A DNA stretch of 63,602 nucleotides, counting the filler, from Rhabdomonas costata (Eukaryota): NCBI GenBank assembly GCA_019059605.1. It is 31 parts of 31 records of this genome, joined end to end, with 100 filler letters (N's around TTAATTAATTAA, not from the genome) between each part and the next. Parts side by side here need not be neighbours in the genome. Positions count along the whole stretch, not along the records: positions 61,649 to 63,602 come from JAHMHO010007023.1; 30 more parts are not named here. One strand, written 5' to 3'. A program made the position numbers and the translations under genes. Within the stretch, counting starts at the first letter, position 1, and the number at the start of each line of letters is the position of its first letter. This document shows, one piece after another, positions 62,634 through 63,602 of the stretch. Under the pieces are notes generated by a model. It made no database searches, had not been told where the DNA came from, and saw nothing but the letters and a program-made list of their open reading frames with translations.

Positions 62634-63602
62634 CGACACTTCGGACTCCTTTCTTTCTCAGCGCTTCAAAACAGAACAAAGCACAAGACTAGAAAAGTGA
62701 AACGCGAGGAAGCCACCCCAAAATTTGCGCAATACGCTCGTGCACCGAAATCTTTTTCCTCCAACACCATAATGATCACATCTAATGCAATCCCAACACA
62801 TCGTCAAAGCTCTGTGTCCTCGCCAAACTCACCAACGGAGATAAAATTTATTCGCACCGTGGTGCCTCCTCTCAACGTCGCCCCCTTCTTCGATCAATAG
62901 AAAGCGAGCGGTCAAAGATTCAGCAAAAAAAACCTCTGCATTATGCATTACCTGTAACAGGATGCCCGGCAAGGACGTGACACCCTTCCTTACCACCGCT
63001 AAACATCTGCCCGTGTCTGGGGGCCCAAGGCAGCCCCGTTCATTTGGAGCAGCCGCTGATATATGTGGGATTGCCACGCCACCGTTGGAGCTTCCGGCGG
63101 CAGGACTTCAATGCCTGGAAGCATCGACGGGTCAGCAGTCGATCGAGTCCGTGTGCAAGAGGACAAGACAGGTGCTGCCCGCTCACAACCTCAAAAGTAG
63201 CCCTCACCAGCGCCAGTGGGGTCCCGCGGGATCACCACAGCGGAGCTACCCGCGTTGGCCCCATGCACGGAGACCTTGATTGCGTGCCGCAGCTGCCGCC
63301 GAGCCTTGCACCTCAGCTCCTCGTCGCCTGCATGTTGCACAAAACCATACCAACCTCCACAAAAAATCGCCACCAAACAATGCAAATCAAGAAGGACTTC
63401 CTCAAGAACACATTTAGTAACCACTGGTTGAGCTCCGGGCAAATGATTCTTCTTTATGCTATCTTACTGCTGAGATTGTGGCAAAATTTTCCCGAATGCC
63501 AGTGTACAATTGTGCTGGCCGATACTGATTTCCTGGGTCACGTTTGCTACATCTCACTTGTCTGCCGTCCTTGCATAACTTTCTTCCTGTTTTCACTGCC
63601 TG

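Noticed and set aside
61654-62700. Plus-strand ORFs of 136 and 189 aa
   Set aside because: They are antisense to the F-box/LRR gene.

Overview
This window is not one locus. It is 31 unlinked contigs of about 1.93-1.96 kb, joined by an artificial 100-nt spacer (44 N + TTAATTAATTAA + 44 N). The DNA is nuclear DNA of an intron-rich, probably flagellated microbial eukaryote, and it looks whole-genome amplified: most contigs start with G/T-only runs, many end with C/A-only runs, and several ends are fold-back chimeras. By splicing exons by hand I recognise fragments of alpha-SNAP, axonemal dynein heavy chain, an SP-RING SUMO ligase, DEAD-box helicases, a P4-ATPase, SNRNP40, CCAR1/DBC1, CLPTM1, a mitochondrial carrier, adenylate kinase, an F-box/LRR protein and four retroelement types. 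The first notable signal is a possible low-oxygen toolkit: an intron-containing flavodiiron protein, an intron-containing indolepyruvate:ferredoxin oxidoreductase and an MBOAT wax-synthase-like gene. The second is unusual splice sites: 4 of about 27 reconstructed introns are GC-AG, donors are degenerate, and some introns without a polypyrimidine tract have ends that can base-pair. Together these suggest a microaerophilic or anaerobic euglenozoan-like cell, which is inference. All family calls come from remembered motifs; no searches were run.
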